60,370 bases of DNA, from the NCBI GenBank assembly GCA_938048755.1, contig CALIUG010000048.1:1-60370 (forward strand), in the 5' to 3' direction. This document shows, in pieces, positions 47,504 through 57,074 of the stretch. This DNA is from an uncultured Alphaproteobacteria bacterium (GTDB lineage: Bacteria; Pseudomonadota; Alphaproteobacteria; SP197). Both the position numbers and the translations under genes were made by a program. The notes under the pieces were generated by a model that was not told the origin of the DNA, did not search any database, and was given only the letters and a program-made list of their open reading frames with translations. Each line of letters opens with the position of its first letter. Position 1 is the stretch's first letter.

Positions 47504-49393
47504 ATGTGCGGCATTGCCGGCCTGATCGAGCTTGCCGGACTGGATCGCGGTACGGTTGCGCCGCGGCTTGATCGTGCGGTGGCCCGTCTGAAGGCGCGGG
47601 GTCCGGATGATAACGGCACCTGGTACGATGACCACGCCGCCCTGGGCCACACCCGGCTTGCTATTGTCGATCTCTCGGCTGCCGGCCATCAGCCGATGAC
47701 CCAGGGCAGTCTGGCGCTGGTCTATAACGGCGAAATCTACAACCACGCCCAGCTGCGCACCGAACTCGAGGCCTTGGGTGAGGTGTTTGACGGCCATTCC
47801 GATACCGAGGTCCTGATCCGCGGCTGGTCCCATTGGGGTGCCGCAATGCTCCCGCGGCTCAACGGCATGTTCGCCTTCGCCCTCTGGGATTCCGGGGATC
47901 AGTCACTCACCCTGGCGCGCGATCGTTTCGGCAAGAAGCCGCTGAGTTATGCCCTGTCGGGCGCGCAATTGGCGTTTGCTTCCGATCTGGTCGCTCTGGA
48001 AGAAGTCGAAGGCACGCAGCGTGCGGTTGATCCCGATGCCCTGCGCCTTCTGTTCGGCCTGCGCTGGCTCCCGGAACCATGGTCCATTGCCAAAGGCGTA
48101 TTTCACCTGTCTCCGGGACACGTTGCCCGCTTCGATCGTCAGGGCTTTGAAGCCCGATCCTTCGTCGAGCCCGAGCAGCTTCCAGCCTATACCGACGAAA
48201 TCACAGCAGCCGAGGCCCTGCGCGGGCGTTTCGATGCTGCCGTTGCTGCCCGTATGGTCGCTGACGTGCCGGTTGGTGCCTACCTCTCAGGAGGAGTGGA
48301 TTCCGCTGCCGTTGCCGCGGCCATGGTGCGCGCGTCCGATCAGGTCGCGACCTTCACGGTCGGCTTTGCCGATGTCCCGGCCTATTACGAGGAACGCCCC
48401 CAGGCCCGCGTCATTGCGGATCATCTGGGCACCCGTCACACCGAGATCGAGGTGACCTCGGCCGATGCCCTGGCTGCCATCGATGACCTGTTCGATGGCC
48501 TGGATGAACCCTTTGCGGATTCCTCGGCCCTTCCGTCCTTCATCCTGGCCCGCGAGGCGTGCCGTCACGTCACGGTCGCCCTGTCCGGGGATGGCGGGGA
48601 CGAGGTCTTTGGCGGCTACCGCCTCTATCAGGGCGAGCTTTATGCCGGAGCCTATCAGCGCCTGCCTGCCTGGCTGCGCAACACGGTGATCGAACCTGTG
48701 GCCGGCTATTTGCCCGATGACAAGGGTGGCAGGCTGACAGAAAAGGCGCGTCGCCTGCGCCGCTTTGTCGATCACGCGGGCAAGAAAGCCGTGGCCCGGC
48801 GTGCCGGTCTGGCGCGTCTGCTGGACGACGATCAGCTTGATGCCCTGCTGGTGCAGCCCTCCGGTCATGCCCCCGGTGTCGAGAGCATCTTTGCTGCGGC
48901 ACGCCCGAAGAACGCTCTGGACCCCATCACCGCCATGCTGATCGGTGATCAGCGCACGGTGCTCCCGGGCGACATGCTGACCAAGGTGGATCGCACCTCC
49001 ATGGCCAACTCGCTGGAGGTGCGCTCACCGTTTCTGGATCCCGCGGTGGTCGATTGCGCCAATGCCATGCCCGGTCCGTTCAAGCTGCAACGCGGGCGCG
49101 GCAAGGCGATCTTCCGGGAGACCTTTGGCGAACGGCTGCCGGCCGACGTCTTCAGCCGCGCCAAGAAGGGCTTCGAGCTTCCCATCGACCGCTGGCTTGC
49201 CGGGCCGCTGGCCGATCTCACGCGGCGTGCTGTTGATCCCGTCAGGCTGGAACGTCAGGGCCTCATCCGGCCCGAGCTTCCCGGACAATGGTGGGATGAT
49301 CTCAGCGCCGGCAGGCGCGACACATCCTGGCAGCTCTGGACCCTGGTTGCCTTCCAGGCCTGGTGGGACCGGCGCGAGGTTCGGGCCACGTGA
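47504..49393 (+). CDS. asnB: Asparagine synthase (glutamine-hydrolysing)-like amidotransferase, copy 2
   Basis: MCGIAG, RGPD, NGEIYN, SDTE, LSGGVDS, SGDGGDEVFGGY, KVDRTSM, KKGF. Confidence 0.92.
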   Translation: MCGIAGLIELAGLDRGTVAPRLDRAVARLKARGPDDNGTWYDDHAALGHTRLAIVDLSAAGHQPMTQGSLALVYNGEIYNHAQLRTELEALGEVFDGHSDTEVLIRGWSHWGAAMLPRLNGMFAFALWDSGDQSLTLARDRFGKKPLSYALSGAQLAFASDLVALEEVEGTQRAVDPDALRLLFGLRWLPEPWSIAKGVFHLSPGHVARFDRQGFEARSFVEPEQLPAYTDEITAAEALRGRFDAAVAARMVADVPVGAYLSGGVDSAAVAAAMVRASDQVATFTVGFADVPAYYEERPQARVIADHLGTRHTEIEVTSADALAAIDDLFDGLDEPFADSSALPSFILAREACRHVTVALSGDGGDEVFGGYRLYQGELYAGAYQRLPAWLRNTVIEPVAGYLPDDKGGRLTEKARRLRRFVDHAGKKAVARRAGLARLLDDDQLDALLVQPSGHAPGVESIFAAARPKNALDPITAMLIGDQRTVLPGDMLTKVDRTSMANSLEVRSPFLDPAVVDCANAMPGPFKLQRGRGKAIFRETFGERLPADVFSRAKKGFELPIDRWLAGPLADLTRRAVDPVRLERQGLIRPELPGQWWDDLSAGRRDTSWQLWTLVAFQAWWDRREVRAT

Positions 49394-50514
49394 AGATCTG
49401 CCAGCTCTGCGCCGTCGACTTCACCATGGCACGCCTGCTGCTGCCGCTCTGCATCGCCATGCAGGAGGCCGGGCACGAGGTCGTGGCGATCTGCTCGGAC
49501 GGTCCCCTGCTGGAGCGTGTGCGCGCCGCCGGCATCCGCTGCCGTCCCGTCACAATCGAGCGCAGCATGAACCCCGCTGCCGCCCTGCGCTCGGCCCGTG
49601 CCGTCACCCGGGTAATGCGCGAGGAGCAGTTTGACATCGTCCATGTCCACACCCCGGTCGCCAGCCTGATCGGTCGTCTAGCCGCCTGGCGCGCCGGTGT
49701 GCCGTTGATCGCCTATACCGCCCACGGGTTCTACTTCCACGAACACATGGCCTGGTTCCGGCGCAACGTCTTCATTGCTCTTGAATGGCTGGCCGGGCGT
49801 GTGACTCACGTGTTGATGACCCAGTCCCGGGAAGATGCCGCATTTGCCTCCAGCAAACGCCTGATTGCCGGCGATGTCATCGAAGCCATCGGCAACGGCG
49901 TCGATGCCACGCGCTTCCTGCCGGGATCGAATGAGCAACGCACCCGCACCCGAAGGGAGCTCGATACTCCGGAAGATGCCGTCGTCATCATGATGGTCGG
50001 GCGCCTGGTCGCCGAGAAAGGTTATCCCGAACTCTTCGCGGCCATGAAGAAGGTCGACGCCCATCTCTGGGTCGCAGGTGCCAAGCTGGAAAGCGATCAC
50101 GCCGATTCCGTCGATGCCGCGCTCGCCGCCGTCGCGGCCGACCCCGGCCTTTCCGCACGCATCCACCAGCTGGGTGAACGCGACGATGTGCCGGACCTGC
50201 TGGCCGCTGCCGACATCTTCACTCTGCCTAGCCATCGCGAGGGCATGCCCCGCTCCATCATCGAAGCCATGATGATGGCCCTGCCCGTCGTCGCCACCAA
50301 CATCCGCGGCAGCCGTGAAGAAGTCGTGGATGGCAAGACCGGCCTGCTGGTGCCGGTCAACCAGACCGATGCCCTGGCATCGGCCCTCTCGGCCCTCGCT
50401 GCCGACCCCGCCCGCCGCACCGCCATGGGTGCCGCCGGCCGCGAACGCGCGCTCGATCTCTACGATGAATCCCGCATAATCGCCCGCCAGCTGGAGATTT
50501 TGAAGCTCACGTAA
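49390..50514 (+). CDS. Glycosyltransferase family 4 (CapM/PglA-like)
   Basis: VHVHTP, YTAHGF, GNGVD, GRLVAEKG, SHREGMPRSIIEAM. GTG 49390. Confidence 0.88.
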   Translation: MKICQLCAVDFTMARLLLPLCIAMQEAGHEVVAICSDGPLLERVRAAGIRCRPVTIERSMNPAAALRSARAVTRVMREEQFDIVHVHTPVASLIGRLAAWRAGVPLIAYTAHGFYFHEHMAWFRRNVFIALEWLAGRVTHVLMTQSREDAAFASSKRLIAGDVIEAIGNGVDATRFLPGSNEQRTRTRRELDTPEDAVVIMMVGRLVAEKGYPELFAAMKKVDAHLWVAGAKLESDHADSVDAALAAVAADPGLSARIHQLGERDDVPDLLAAADIFTLPSHREGMPRSIIEAMMMALPVVATNIRGSREEVVDGKTGLLVPVNQTDALASALSALAADPARRTAMGAAGRERALDLYDESRIIARQLEILKLT

Positions 50515-51403
50515 CGCCGTACTGGCTCCGCTCCCCCGGAGCCCCGTCACACGTAACCCGTCCCGTTTCGACCATATGCACGATATGAGCGAAAACGGAG
50601 CTGCGGGCGGCGGGGTGGAGGGCGCGGTCGATACTGGCGTACATCACCTCGACCATTTCGGGGATCGTGGTGATGCCTTCCTTGAGGCAGGCCAGGATCT
50701 GGGCTTCGCGGCTCCTGCGGTGTTCGATCAGTTCTCTGACGTGGGTCCGGGGATCGGTGATAGCCGGGCCGTGGGTCGGGCGGAACTGCTCGTCATCGCG
50801 TTCCAGCAGCAGTTCCAGGCTCCTCATATAGGCTGCCATGTCGCCATCGGGCGGGGAAACCACGGTGCTGGACCAGCCCATGACGTGATCGCCGCTGAAG
50901 AGGGTCTTTTCTTCGTGCAGCGCATAACACATGTGGTTGGAGGTGTGGCCGGGCGTGAAGACGCATTCAACGGTCCAGCCGGCCCCTTCGATGACATCGC
51001 CGTGGCGCACCCTGTGGTCGGGCGTGAAGGCATGATCCCCGCCTTCCTCGACCACGGCGGCACCCTCCGCACGGCCGGAGCCATGGGGCCCGAAGCCCCA
51101 GGTTTTGGCACCCGTGGCTTCCTTCACCAGGCGTGCGGCCGGGCTGTGGTCGCTATGGGTGTGGGTGATCAGCTGGTGCGTGATGGTCTCGCCCGCCGTT
51201 GCCTCCAGGATGGCATCGACATGGCGGGGCAGGGCGGGACCGGCATCGATCACGGCAACCTCGCCGCGCCCGATGATGTAGGTGCCGGTGCCGTGATAGG
51301 TGAAGTTCGACGGGTTGTCGGCCATCACCCGGCGCACCAGGGGAGAAACCTCGGTCGCGGTGCCGTAACGCACGCTCTCTTCATAGACAAAGGGTATCGC
51401 CAT
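50507..51403 (-). CDS. MBL-fold metallo-hydrolase (LACTB2-like)
   Basis: NPSNFTYHGTGTY, THTHSDH, TPGHTSNH, FSGDHVM, PTHGP, HRRSRE. Confidence 0.9.
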   Translation of the reverse strand: MAIPFVYEESVRYGTATEVSPLVRRVMADNPSNFTYHGTGTYIIGRGEVAVIDAGPALPRHVDAILEATAGETITHQLITHTHSDHSPAARLVKEATGAKTWGFGPHGSGRAEGAAVVEEGGDHAFTPDHRVRHGDVIEGAGWTVECVFTPGHTSNHMCYALHEEKTLFSGDHVMGWSSTVVSPPDGDMAAYMRSLELLLERDDEQFRPTHGPAITDPRTHVRELIEHRRSREAQILACLKEGITTIPEMVEVMYASIDRALHPAARSSVFAHIVHMVETGRVTCDGAPGERSQYGVT

Positions 51404-51459
51404 GGCTGTCTCCCGAAACCGTGGGGAGTATGCACCGGGCGGGCATCGTCGCGCAGCGC

Positions 51460-51496
51460 AAAAGAAAAGGCCGGCGGTTGTTCGGCCCGCCGGCCT
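51460..51496 (-). terminator. Rho-independent terminator downstream of the yceI-like gene
   Basis: Perfect 10-bp stem AGGCCGGCGG (51468-77) / CCGCCGGCCT (51487-96), 9-nt loop, followed on the - strand by a T-rich tail. Confidence 0.8.
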
Positions 51497-51522
51497 CTCC
51501 GTCCATCAGGGCTTGGCACCCG

Positions 51523-52110
51523 TCAGTTGAGCGAGCGGGTCGCTTCCAGCTCGATATCGATCTGGATCTCCGTGCCGATGCCGCCGACACCGTACATCAT
51601 GCCGAACTCGGTACGATCGATGATGCCGCTCACGTCAAATCCCACAACTTCGGTGGTGTCGTCCCAGGGGTAGGTCCCCATGCCGTTGTAGACCGCATCC
51701 AGGGTCACCGATTTTGTCACGCCCAGCATGGTCAGATCGCCGGTGATCTTGGCGGTGTTGTCGCCGGTCACTTCGACGCTGGTGCTCTGGAAGGTGATTT
51801 CGGGGAACTCTGCAGTGTTGAAGAAATCGGGCGACCGCAGATGATCGTCGCGCTCACCATGGTTGGTGTCGATGCTGGCGGCATCGATCACGATGCTGAC
51901 CGCGGCATCGGCCGGATTGGCGGGATCGAAGCTGACCGTGCCTGATTCCTCGTTGAACCTGCCCCACATGGTCGAATAGCCCAGATGGCTGACCCGGAAA
52001 TTGGCCTGGGTATGGGTGTCGTCGATGACATAGTCGGCGGCGAAGGCCGGTATGGCAGTCATCGCAAGTGCGGCAGCGCCGGTGGCAAGAAGTGTGGTGC
52101 GTATGGTCAT
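51523..52110 (-). CDS. yceI: YceI family protein with signal peptide
   Basis: ATG 52110 with GGAG RBS. Signal peptide ending AFA, then HTQANF.VSHLG, GRF, RDDHLRSPDFF, GDLT.LGVTK, IDRTEFGM. Confidence 0.9.
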   Translation of the reverse strand: MTIRTTLLATGAAALAMTAIPAFAADYVIDDTHTQANFRVSHLGYSTMWGRFNEESGTVSFDPANPADAAVSIVIDAASIDTNHGERDDHLRSPDFFNTAEFPEITFQSTSVEVTGDNTAKITGDLTMLGVTKSVTLDAVYNGMGTYPWDDTTEVVGFDVSGIIDRTEFGMMYGVGGIGTEIQIDIELEATRSLN

Positions 52111-52136
52111 GTGAAGTCTCCCTTGGGTGATTGTGG

Positions 52137-53003
52137 TTAGTAGCCTGAAGAGGACGTCGCTTCGGGCAAGGTGAGAAAAACAATGAGAACGGCAGCCGCA
52201 GCGGGCAGGACGCAGAGCAGTCCGACCACAACAGACCGCAGGCCCTGACTGACGAGACCGCTGCCCTTGACCAGGCGCGCGCCCAGCGGCACCAGGAATG
52301 GAATCACCGCCAGCGGCAGCAATGCCAGGGTCTCGAGTTTGGGCACAAACAGGGCAAGCTGGACGGCCAGTCCCCCGATCAGGGCGAGTGCCGCGCCAAG
52401 GGCTGCGTTGTTGAACACAAAGCGCGCCTTGGGCCAGTTCCACAACAGGAAGCCGCCGGTTGCGGCAGCCAGGCCGCCGGCAAGCTGCGCACTGGACGCG
52501 GCATTGCTCATGAATGCGCAGGCTGCCATGGCCAGGCATAAGACCAGGATGGACGCACCGATCTCGCTGCTGCGTTTGGCCTGTGCGTGATAGCGCCAGC
52601 CTGCGGCAGCGGTCACGGCGACCACGATCAGGACGGCCACGCCTGCAGGCCAGGGGGCTTCTAGGCCTTTCTCCGCACCGATCCACAGCGCCGCGAACGG
52701 GCCTGCCAGAAGGGCAACGGCACGCCCTGCCCAGCCTTCGCGAGCCACCAGGTCGGCGGTCAGGCCTGCAATCGTGGCAATCAGTACGATGTAGAAGAGT
52801 TTGTTGGTCGCACCCACCGGCGGGAACGCCGGCACCCGGAACGTCGCCCAATAGGACGCCAGAACGGCAAGGGCCAGTACCAGCCCGGCCAGAGCTGCGC
52901 CGCGGCCCGATCCACCAATCAGGCGAACCAGCCCGACCAGAATCAGGGCCGTTAGCAGTGGAATCAGACCGCTTTGCACGGGAGGACTGGTCAGCGTGAA
53001 CAT
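52137..53003 (-). CDS. Hypothetical integral membrane protein
   Basis: About 9 hydrophobic segments. Fills the gap directly upstream of yceI. Start ATG 53003 or TTG 53012. Confidence 0.7.
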   Translation of the reverse strand: MFTLTSPPVQSGLIPLLTALILVGLVRLIGGSGRGAALAGLVLALAVLASYWATFRVPAFPPVGATNKLFYIVLIATIAGLTADLVAREGWAGRAVALLAGPFAALWIGAEKGLEAPWPAGVAVLIVVAVTAAAGWRYHAQAKRSSEIGASILVLCLAMAACAFMSNAASSAQLAGGLAAATGGFLLWNWPKARFVFNNAALGAALALIGGLAVQLALFVPKLETLALLPLAVIPFLVPLGARLVKGSGLVSQGLRSVVVGLLCVLPAAAAVLIVFLTLPEATSSSGY

Positions 53004-53240
53004 GCGCGGCAACGTCTCCTCAACAACACTGCCTTCAACCTAGGTCCGGGCAGGCAAAGCTGGAGTAAACTTTGTGTTACCCGCAAGCGCTGCTGCGCTG
53101 GATCGCTGATTCCATGCAGAAAATCCTTGAAGACGCCGCGCCACGGCCCCAAGTCCCCGTTTCCGCCGCCAAGCGAGACGCCTGACACCGTGAATCCCTC
53201 AATGGGTTTCGCGCAAGCAGGTGCGTTTGGAGGAGAGCCC

Positions 53241-53567
53241 ATGACCTGCTCGGTCGTAACCGCCAACCGTCTTGATGACGGTGCGGTTGTCTATCTGGCG
53301 CCGGAAGGCCGCTGGACCGGATGCCTGGACGCCGCGCTTGTTGCCCGCGATGACGCCACGGAACCGCTGATGGCCATGGCCGAACGCGCCGTGGCGGATC
53401 GCCTGGTCGTCACCCCCTATCTCATCGCTGTGGAAGATGGCCCCAAAGGCCGTCTGGCCAGCCATATCAAGGAGCGCATCCGCGCCACCGGCCCCACGGT
53501 CCGCCTGGATCTGGGCAAGCAGGCTGGGCAAACCGGTTCAACGGAGGCTCGTTATGTATCGCTATGA
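53241..53567 (+). CDS. DUF2849 family protein
   Basis: GGAGGAG RBS, VVTANRLDDGAVVYL, VVTPYLI, KERIRATGPTV. Typical position upstream of sulfite reductase. Confidence 0.85.
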   Translation: MTCSVVTANRLDDGAVVYLAPEGRWTGCLDAALVARDDATEPLMAMAERAVADRLVVTPYLIAVEDGPKGRLASHIKERIRATGPTVRLDLGKQAGQTGSTEARYVSL

Positions 53568-55212
53568 TGAATTCGATCACACGCTGGTTGCCGAACGGGT
53601 CACCCAGTTCCGTGATCAGGTGCGCCGCCGCGTTGCCGGTGAGCTGACCGAGGACGAGTTCAAACCGCTGCGCCTGATGAACGGCCTCTATCTGCAACTC
53701 CACGCCTACATGCTGCGTGTTGCCGTGCCTTACGGCGTCCTGTCGGCCCATCAGATGCGTCGTCTGGCCCACATCGCGCGGGTCTATGACAAGGGTTACG
53801 GCCATTTCACCACGCGCCAGAACATCCAGTACAACTGGCCCAGGCTGGAAGAGGTGCCCGACCTGCTGGAGGAACTGGCCGAGGTCGAGATGCATGCCAT
53901 CCAGACCAGCGGCAACTGCATCCGCAACGTCACGGCCGATCAATTTGCCGGGGTTGCCGCCGACGAAATCGACGATCCCCGCGTCTATGCCGAGATCATC
54001 CGTCAGTGGTCCACGCTGCATCCGGAATTCTCGTTCCTGCCGCGCAAGTTCAAGATTGCGATCACCGGTGCGCCCAACGATCGTGCTGCGGTGAAGGTGC
54101 ACGACATCGGCCTGCGCATGGTCCGCAACGAAGCCGATGAACCGGGGTTCGAGGTCATTGTTGGTGGTGGTCAGGGGCGCACGCCCATGATCGGCCATGT
54201 CGTACGCGGGTTCCTGCCCGTGCCCGATCTGCTGACCTATCTTGATGCGGTTCTGCGCGTCTACAACCAACTTGGCCGGCGCGACAATCTCTGCAAGGCA
54301 CGTATCAAGATTCTGGTACACGAGACCGGTGTGGACGAGTTCACGCGTCTGGTGGAGGAGGAATTCGCTGCCATGTCGCGGGAATCACCCCAGGTCCTGC
54401 CCGGCGGCGAACTGGCCCGCATCCGCGCCTACTTCCAGCCACCGGCCTATCGCGACCTTCGCGAAGCCGCACCCACGCTCGATCTTGCGCTCGCTACCGA
54501 CCGAGCCTTTGCCCAGTGGCATGCTGCCTCGGTATCGGCGCACAAGCAGCCGGGCTATGCCATCGTTACCATCTCGCTCAAGCCGATCGGTGGTATTCCC
54601 GGCGATGCCAGCGCCGAGGAAATGGAAGCGGTTGCTGATCTGGCTGAGAGATTCAGCTTCAGCGAGATCCGTGTCACCCACGAGCAGAACCTTGTCCTGC
54701 CCGATGTTGCCAAAGAGAACCTCCATGCGGTCTGGCAGGGGTTGAAGGCTGCGGGGCTGGCGACGCCCAATGTCGGCCTCGTGACCGACATCATCGCCTG
54801 CCCGGGGCTGGACTACTGCAACCTGGCCAATGCGCGCTCGATCCCGATTGCCCAGGAGATCAGCGAACGGTTTGCCGATCTCGACCGCCAGCACGATATC
54901 GGTGAACTGAAGGTCAAGATCTCGGGCTGCATCAATGCCTGCGGCCATCACCATGTCGGCCATATCGGCATTCTGGGCGTCGACAAGAAGGGCATCGAAC
55001 ATTACCAGATCACGCTGGGCGGTGACGCCACCGAAACGGCTGCGTTGGGAGACATCGTCGGCCCTGCCTTCTCCGGCGAGAAGGTCACCGATGCCGTCGA
55101 TACCATCGTCGCGGTATATCTCGAACAGCGCCGGGACGGCGAGCGGTTTCTTGAAACCTACCGCCGTGTCGGCCTCGCCCCGTTCAAGGAAAAGCTCTAT
55201 GCCTCTCGTTAA
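53554..55212 (+). CDS. cysI: Siroheme nitrite/sulfite reductase hemoprotein
   Basis: MYRYDEFD, PLRLMNGLYLQLHAYMLR, TTRQN, SGNCIRN, LPRKFK, ACPGLDYCNLA, SGCINACGHH. Confidence 0.92.
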   Translation: MYRYDEFDHTLVAERVTQFRDQVRRRVAGELTEDEFKPLRLMNGLYLQLHAYMLRVAVPYGVLSAHQMRRLAHIARVYDKGYGHFTTRQNIQYNWPRLEEVPDLLEELAEVEMHAIQTSGNCIRNVTADQFAGVAADEIDDPRVYAEIIRQWSTLHPEFSFLPRKFKIAITGAPNDRAAVKVHDIGLRMVRNEADEPGFEVIVGGGQGRTPMIGHVVRGFLPVPDLLTYLDAVLRVYNQLGRRDNLCKARIKILVHETGVDEFTRLVEEEFAAMSRESPQVLPGGELARIRAYFQPPAYRDLREAAPTLDLALATDRAFAQWHAASVSAHKQPGYAIVTISLKPIGGIPGDASAEEMEAVADLAERFSFSEIRVTHEQNLVLPDVAKENLHAVWQGLKAAGLATPNVGLVTDIIACPGLDYCNLANARSIPIAQEISERFADLDRQHDIGELKVKISGCINACGHHHVGHIGILGVDKKGIEHYQITLGGDATETAALGDIVGPAFSGEKVTDAVDTIVAVYLEQRRDGERFLETYRRVGLAPFKEKLYASR

Positions 55213-55699
55213 GGATGATGCTCTGATCCAGGACAACTGGACGCGTCTGGATGATGACGCTGCCATGATCGACGGTCCCGTGGTCGTATCTTTGGAGCGC
55301 TGGCTCAATGAACGCGACGTTCTGGCCAGCCGCAACGGCGCGCTTGGTGTTGTCCTTACCAGCCATGAAACGCCTGAGCAGATCGCCGGTGATCTCGATC
55401 GCTTCTCTCTGGTCTGCCTGGAGTTTCCCAAATTCACCGACGGGCGCGCCTACTCCCATGCGCGCAAGCTGCGTGAACGCTTCGGGTTCAAGGGCGAATT
55501 GCGCGCTGTCGGCAACGTTCTGCGCGATCAGTTCCTGTTCATGCAGCGTTGCGGCTTTGATGCCTTCGAGGTTGCCGAGGGCACCGCTCTGGAGGACTGG
55601 TTGCGCGCTACGACCGAGATCAGTGTCGCCTACCAGTCGGCCGCCGACCGCCGCGCGACCGCCATGGCACAACGCCAGGATGCGTGCTCCACGTCCTGA
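55199..55699 (+). CDS. DUF934 family protein
   Basis: FPKFTDGRAYS.AR.LR.RFGFKGELRAVG.VLRDQ..FM.RCGFDAF, YQ. Confidence 0.88.
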   Translation: MPLVKDDALIQDNWTRLDDDAAMIDGPVVVSLERWLNERDVLASRNGALGVVLTSHETPEQIAGDLDRFSLVCLEFPKFTDGRAYSHARKLRERFGFKGELRAVGNVLRDQFLFMQRCGFDAFEVAEGTALEDWLRATTEISVAYQSAADRRATAMAQRQDACSTS

Positions 55700-55755
55700 G
55701 GCGTTGCTCTGGTTGACATCATCGGTGCAAGGCTCCTACACGCAGCTATCCCGGC

Positions 55756-57000
55756 GTGGAGCCTGCCTTGCGTGTCCTTGTTCTACAAAACGGTCTGAAG
55801 TCCCGCTCGACGCATTTCTACAATGAGTCGCTGGCCTGGCGGCGGCTGTGTGCAGAGCGAAACCTGCCCCTCCACATCCTTGCGCACAGGCAGGCGCCCC
55901 TCGACCTGTTGCGCGAACTGGATGCGGTCGCGGCCTTTCCGGCCGGACCCGATGCGTCGTTCTACATCGATGACAAGGGCACGCGAGGGCGACCCCAGGA
56001 GATGCTGGAGACAGTATTCTCTGATGTCTGCATGCGCGCCTTCGCCGGCAAGACGACGGCCGACGACCTGGTGGTGGTTCCTTATGCCCGGGTTCCCGAG
56101 TTCGGGGGACTGGCGCGCTGGTTCGAGAAGATTCCTGCCGAGCGGCGCCCCTTTGTCGTGGTTCTCCTGCATCGGCCGGAAGAGGAATGGCGCGTCGACC
56201 CCACGCGCCAGCGCATCACGGGCAATCCCGGACCCATGCGTGAAGCGGCAAACCGGCTGCGTGGCCTGGCAACCCGTGGCCTGCTGGTTCTGGCAACCAA
56301 CGCCCCGCTGGCCGGGATTCTCCGATCGGCCCTCGACATGGATGTTGCGGTCTCGCCCCCGCTCTACAGCTATGCGTTTCAGGAGCGTTGGTTTGCCGAA
56401 AGGGGAGAGGAGCAGCCCAAACTGCGCGGTCGCCGGTTTGATCTGGGGTTCCTGGGTCAGATGCGTCCGGAGAAGGGGGGCGGCGTCGCGATCGAGGGCA
56501 TCAAGACTCTGATGACGCGTCGCCAGGGCCTGAAGATTGCCCTCCACGTTCGCGACAAGGAGTCAGAGGCCTCCTTCAACGAGAGTCTTGAGGGCGCGCG
56601 TGGGCAGGGACAGGTCAGTCTGTTGACCGGAGAAATGAGCCATGACGCGTTCCTGATGGCGATCGGGTCCTGCCGGATCATGGTCATGGCCTATGACCCG
56701 GAACGTTATCGTGCGCGCCTGTCGGGGCCGCTGGTCGAAGCGGCAGCCTGGGGGCGGCCGGTCGTTGTCCCGGCAGATACCTGGATGGCTGACATGGTCG
56801 CACGTGGACGGGTCGCCGGCACGATCTTCAGGGGCCATCGTCCCGACGCCTTGTGCGAGGCGATCCTGTCGGCACTCGACCAGGTTGACACCCTCTCCGA
56901 GACGGCCCGCACGGCTGCGGTGCGCTGGCGCGCGGAACGCTCCATCGATCAAGCCTTCGATCTGATGTTGGCCAGACGCGCTGCGGCGGCATCGGCCTAG
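55756..57000 (+). CDS. Glycosyltransferase-like (GT-B/GT4-like) protein
   Basis: LGQMRPEKG, RYRARLSGPLVEAAAWGRPVVVP. Start uncertain. Confidence 0.65.
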   Translation: MEPALRVLVLQNGLKSRSTHFYNESLAWRRLCAERNLPLHILAHRQAPLDLLRELDAVAAFPAGPDASFYIDDKGTRGRPQEMLETVFSDVCMRAFAGKTTADDLVVVPYARVPEFGGLARWFEKIPAERRPFVVVLLHRPEEEWRVDPTRQRITGNPGPMREAANRLRGLATRGLLVLATNAPLAGILRSALDMDVAVSPPLYSYAFQERWFAERGEEQPKLRGRRFDLGFLGQMRPEKGGGVAIEGIKTLMTRRQGLKIALHVRDKESEASFNESLEGARGQGQVSLLTGEMSHDAFLMAIGSCRIMVMAYDPERYRARLSGPLVEAAAWGRPVVVPADTWMADMVARGRVAGTIFRGHRPDALCEAILSALDQVDTLSETARTAAVRWRAERSIDQAFDLMLARRAAAASA

Positions 57001-57010
57001 TTTTTGGATG

Positions 57011-57074
57011 TAGATCGGATTCACGCCAAAGAGTCGCACCCTGTCAGGCGCGACTCTATTTGCGATCCGATCTA
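57011..57074. repeat. Nested inverted repeat between convergent genes (terminator or small palindromic element)
   Basis: Outer arms TAGATCGGAT (57011-20) / ATCCGATCTA (57065-74). Inner arms AGAGTCGC (57030-37) / GCGACTCT (57050-57). Confidence 0.72.

Noticed and set aside
51523-52851. 442-aa extended YceI ORF
   Set aside because: The extension overlaps the membrane-protein gene in another frame. ATG 52110 has an RBS and begins a signal peptide.
53065-53080. GTAA-N8-TTAC palindrome upstream of the cys genes
   Set aside because: Only 4-bp arms, could occur by chance, and no regulator can be assigned.
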